Source: the human T2T-CHM13v2.0 reference genome, Homo sapiens
Length of the DNA: 64,000 bases
Assembly: GCF_009914755.1 (NCBI RefSeq)
Contig: NC_060933.1
Reading direction: 5' to 3' (one strand)
Position numbers and translations under genes: made by a program
The notes under the pieces: generated by a model
What the model was told of the DNA's origin: nothing
Seen by the model: the letters and a program-made list of their open reading frames with translations, nothing else
Database searches by the model: none
Shown: positions 54,065 through 64,000 of the stretch, piece after piece
Layout: each line of letters opens with the position of its first letter
Position numbering within the stretch: position 1 is the first letter of the stretch

Positions 54065-54496
54065 TGTGATGGTTACTAGTGAGTGTCAACTTGATTGGAT
54101 TGAAGGATACAAAGTATTGATCTAGGTTGTGTCTGTGAGGGTGATGCCAAAAGAGATTAATATTTGAGTCAGTGGGCTGGGAAAGACAGACCCATCCTTA
54201 ATCTGGCAGGCACAGTCTTATCAGCTGCCAGCGTGGCTAGAAGTAAGCAGGCAGAAAAATGTGAAGAGAGAGACTGGCCTAGCCTCCCAGCCTGCATCTT
54301 TCTCCCATGCTGGATGCTTCCTATCCTTGAACGTCGGACTCAAGTTCTTCAGTTTTGGAACTTGGACTGGCTCTCCTTGCTCTTCAGCCTGCAGACATGC
54401 TATTGTGGCACTTCGTGATCGTGTGAGATAGTACTTAATAAACTCCTCATATATCTCTATTCCATTAGTTCTGTCCCTCTAGAGAACCCTAATACA
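54065..54496 (+). mobile_element. HERV-L solo LTR (MLT2A2-like)
   Basis: TGTGATGGTTA...GAGTGTCAACTTGATTGGATTGAAGGATACAAAG start; AATAAA 54437-54442; CTAATACA end; 5-bp flanks CCTAC/CCTGC. Confidence 0.85.
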
Positions 54497-55985
54497 CCTG
54501 CCTTACAGAGTTCACAAAAGAGTAATAAAAGGAAATGAGGCCAAGAGTCATCTAGTCTGGTAAGTGGGTTGGGGGGGAGAAACAAGCCTGCCTGGGGGTG
54601 TCAAAGAAGACTCCACAGGGAAATTGGTGTTTTCATACTTTGCTTTTGGAAACCCACCAAACTTTGAGTTTTGAATTGAGTTTTAATGAATTTTATTTTT
54701 TACTGAAGGCATAGCTCTAATATAGTATTTGAAAGGTTTATCACAAGAGAAGAGCTCAAATTCATTGAATCAAAATAATTTAGTTTTTAATGGTAGTGTG
54801 GTAATTAGCTTTTACAGACACCAAAATCTTAAGGACTACTATTAAGCAGATGCAGTAATATGTCTTACCATATTATTTTATTTTCTCATCTGCTATGCAA
54901 AGAAGATAATAGTACTTTTTGAGTAGCAGAGATAGAATTTTGCAAAGCATGAAGACATTCTTTGAATTTTTGTTTCTATATTATTAGATATTACATTATT
55001 GAAAATGTCATTACTGAAGGCTGTCTTATTAAAAAGATGTATAGTAAACCTCACTCTTGAGAGAAATGGGATTGCTGATAATTAAAGGTTTCTTAGGTTA
55101 TTTTCAGTACCTTTTTTGGATAATAAGATCTTCAGTGGATTCAAAACATACTAAAATATGAAGGTTCTTGGGATCTCAAGTCATGTTATTCACTCAGGAA
55201 TATAGTAATAAAGAGAAAAATAATATTGTCTTTATTTTCATTCATTGAGAAAATGCTATAATATCCAGTGTGGAAGGTTAATTAGCCCCCAGATCCCTGA
55301 GCCCTTTTAAGCAGAAACAAAAATGTACTAGTATTTCACAGATAAAATTGTATTTCTTCTTTTGGCATGTAGTTCTGATTTTAGGGGAGAGCTTTGTAAA
55401 GATAAGTGAGCTAGACCCCATTTCAAAACAGCACTTTGTGGTTTTTTTTTTTTTTTTCAAAGCGAGCAAAAATACTTTTGAAGTGTGGTTCTGAACCACT
55501 CTCTCTGTACCTTTGTATCTCCCAGGAAGTTGAAAAATAAGGTAGTAAACATTTTTTTCTTTTTGTTCTGTAAGAAATAGACAATTTTTGCTATGCCTTC
55601 CTCTTCTGGTCTAAGGGAAGGTTTATGCCCTTTTTCCCAGCCTCAGATTTACTCAGTATGTCATGAGCTGACTCTGTGAGGAAAGATGACTTATAAAACT
55701 GTTGGCTTGACAGAGTTTAGAAAGGAATACATGTAAAAACAGAAAGCTTTCCCAGAGTGATATTTCATTTCTGAAATGCAGTTTTTGGCCTTTCACTATT
55801 CTAGAGGTGACTGATTTAAATATTTGTTTTTGTTCTTTTCATCTATAAGCAATTTTAGAACTATTCCACAATAAAACATGTTCTGGCTTTTTCTTTGCAG
55901 ATAAGTTTTGTAAACCTTCATTGTAAATGTGTCTTTAGTCTTCTGTGAATTAATATTTTGATAGACCTCTACTGGACCACCATAG

Positions 55986-56205
55986 TGTGGTAAGATGGCT
56001 AGATCTCCACCCAAAATACATATTTCCTTTGCCTTCTTAGAGTTTGGGCTAGCTGACAGAGACTGCATTTCCCAAATCTCCTTGCATGTCAGTGGAGCTT
56101 GTGACTGGGTTCCGCCAGCAGAAATAAGGGTAGAAGTGATGAGTGCCATTTATAGTCCTGGTCCATAAAATCCACCTGTGCTGTTCTTCACATTCTCCCT
56201 TCCCT
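55986..56205 (+). mobile_element. Old MaLR LTR fragment (MLT1J-like)
   Basis: ACTGCATTTCCCA...CCTTGCA...GTGACTGGGTTC...AGAAGTGATG pattern. Confidence 0.55.
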
Positions 56206-57501
56206 AACTGTCTTTTGTGTATTGACACTTTGCTGCTAGCATTACCACAATACCTATTAGTATATTTTAATTAATATAATTAATATATAGCTAAGAGTTT
56301 GTTAGTGGTTTTAGCTAGCTTCTCCAGTTTGTATTCTCAACTAAAGTTTATTACTATTTCAACTTAAGTTTTTCGGGGGTGGGTGGATAAGTAGTGTTAA
56401 GAGGTAGTGTAGATGATTTAAATGAGATACAAAGATTTTTAAAAATCATTAGTGGATTTAGTGAATTAAATAAAGCTAATCTATACTTAGAGTTTATAAA
56501 TTTAGCTGCCACCTATGAAATATCTTCCAAAGATCTGAGATTCTTAAACACAAGGAACATTTCACATATCTTTGTTTTAGAGAATTTGACAAATGAAGTT
56601 AGAATTAAGATCGTATATCACCTTGGATAGATGAGCAAATTGAATTATGAATTTGCACAATTAGGAATATAATTTTCCTATAATGAAACAATCTGTAGGT
56701 GAGTTAAGAGCAAATCAGTGGATTTGATCTTATATTACCTCATTTAAATTGTTATGGTATCTAATAGGTATCTCTCTTGTCTTTTCAGTAGCCTTTGAGG
56801 ACCAGTTGCCTAAAATTAAAAAGAGTATATCTGTCAATATATGTGTGTGTGTGTGTGCATGTGTGTATCTTTAATTCTTTAATTAAGGTACACTTAAACT
56901 GTAAAATGCACAGATCTCAGGTATACTACTTAATGAGCTTTGACAAATGTCTATGTCTGTGTAACTAATATACTAATCAAAATATAGGACAATTCCATTA
57001 CCCTAAAAAGTTTTTTCATGCCCCTTTCCAGTCAATATGCCAATTACCTATACTTTTAATTATAAATTTTCTGTGATCAGTGTAAAGTTATATTCCAAAA
57101 GGTAGTTAGAACCCAAAATGTTATGCTTATTTACACCATCAAGGAATTCAGTAAATTCTAATATTAGGTGATGTATTTTTAAATAGAAAACATAACTTTA
57201 AAAATATTTATAAAATGAAAATTGTGAACATGCATCAAAGATCTTTTACTTAGGTGGTGTTAACAATATTTAAATTGTCCAATGCCTAAACTCAGTTATT
57301 TGTGGAGTATCCGTTCTCTTTCTTTTAATTTATGTTCTACATCAGCCAGTTTGCGCACATTAATCTCTCACTGGATTCTTTAGTAACTGTTTATTTTCTG
57401 TTCATTTGTCCACTTTTTTCTCAACCATGCTCCTTCAACACATCTCCTAACTACCTCTTCCCTGTCACCCCAAATCAGCTTGATTTCATACTACTGAATG
57501 A

Positions 57502-57571
57502 TAGAAATAGCCTTTCATCTAGACTATTCCAGCATCTAGAAATAGCCTTTCACCTAGACTATTCCAGCATC
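57502..57571. repeat. 35-bp tandem duplication (1 mismatch)
   Basis: TAGAAATAGCCTTTCA(T/C)CTAGACTATTCCAGCATC x2. Confidence 0.95.
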
Positions 57572-58047
57572 TTGGTATTGAGTAGGTAATAAATATATTT
57601 TTATTGAATGTGTTAGTGAATTTTAAGTTGAATTGGATAACATTATGGTTCTATGGTTATAACTTATATTGCCTATATTTGCCAGGCTCTATGATAAACA
57701 TTTTCCATTAAACATTCATGTTAATTAGATATTCTTGCCTCTATTTAATTGGTGAAAATATTAAAATTTATAGAAAGTTTATGTAAATTGCCCAGTGTCA
57801 CATAGCTAGTATGAAACTGGTTGGTCAGACACCAAAGTCTTTGTGATAAGTCCTGCAAATTGACATGCGAATTTTGTTAGAATATTTTAAAACTTAGGAC
57901 AAGTTTAAACCATCCTATTTTTCATCTTTTTATAATATTTTAGACAACATAATTTGCAAAAGCTACTTTGTTTATTATATACAAGATCATATGCAAGAAA
58001 CAAAGCCTTCTACCTTAAGGAATGATGCCAGAAAAATAGCTAATGTG

Positions 58048-58308
58048 TTTTTGTTTTTTGAGACAGTGTCTCGCTTTTTTGCCCAGGCTGGAATGCAGTG
58101 GTGCAGTGTTGGCTCACTGCAGCCTTGACCTCCTGGGCTCAAGTGATCCTCCCCACCTCAGCCTCCCGAGTAGCTGGGACTACAGATGCGCACTACCAGG
58201 CCTGGGTAATTTTTGTACTTTTTGTAGAGGTGGGATTTCACCATGCTGCCCAGGCTGGCCTTAAACTCCTGAGCTTGCCCGCTTCTGCCTCCTAAAGTGC
58301 TGGGATTA
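58048..58308 (-). mobile_element. 5'-truncated AluJ-like
   Basis: CAGCCTTGACCTCCTGGGCTCAAGTGATCCTCCC; ends at TGGGATTA. Confidence 0.88.
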
Positions 58309-58324
58309 AAAATAGCTACTGTTT

Positions 58325-58599
58325 GCCTGTAATCCCAGCACTTTGGGAGGCTAAGGTGGGCAGATCACCAGTGGTCGGGAGTTCAAGACCAGACTGACCA
58401 ACATGGAGAAACTCTGTCTCTACTAAAAATACAAAATTAGCTGGGCATGGTGGCGCATGCCTGTAATCCCAGCTAACTCAGGAGGCTGAGGCAGGAGAAT
58501 CACTTGCAGCCGGGAGGCGGAGGTTGCGGTGAGTCAAGATCGCACCATTGCACTCCAGCCTGGGCAACAAGTGTGTCCCTAACTCTGTCTCAAAAAAAA
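58325..58599 (+). mobile_element. 5'-truncated AluSp-like
   Basis: Starts GCCTGTAATCCC; GACCAACATGGAGAAAC diagnostic. Confidence 0.88.
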
Positions 58600-58734
58600 G
58601 CTCCTGTTTATTGAATCATTGATATTTACTGACTTGACACTTTACGTACATACTTTTTAACTTTTTTCTAGAATAAAAATAATTCTGATTACACTGTAAT
58701 ACACAAACGCATTCTTATAAAAATGCAAGCTGTA

Positions 58735-64000
<5,266 letters not shown>

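Overview
Human (primate) genomic DNA, repeat-dense (about 25 Alus, many L1, LTR and DNA-transposon relics). I recognise it as the 5' end of ERCC6L2, a SNF2-family ATPase. Coding exon 1 (ATG 43409 to donor after 43454) splices in frame to exon 2 (48239-48663: Tudor-like fold, Q motif, Walker [10 protein letters not shown]); exon 3 is not in the window. A CpG-island bidirectional promoter (~42330-43560; BANP/ZBTB33, ETS, YY1/CCAAT motifs) also appears to drive the divergent lncRNA LINC00476/ERCC6L2-AS1 on the minus strand, so positions 1-42 kb are probably its intronic sequence. I found no new multi-gene system. The most interesting unexplained signals: (i) a near-perfect 32-bp hairpin at the junction of two tail-to-tail L2 ends in ERCC6L2 intron 2, with the architecture of L2-derived miRNAs; (ii) possible translational and splicing control of ERCC6L2 (GTG where a longer isoform would start, an overlapping out-of-frame uORF, an in-frame internal acceptor in exon 2, a candidate poison exon); (iii) a sense MLT2A LTR with a DUX4-like motif in intron 2; (iv) retrotransposition oddities (tailless U2 copy, very young AluYa5, two inverted Alu pairs sharing a target site, an L1 with a split tail). 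Repeat subfamily names and gene identities come from recall of consensus sequences, not from a search.
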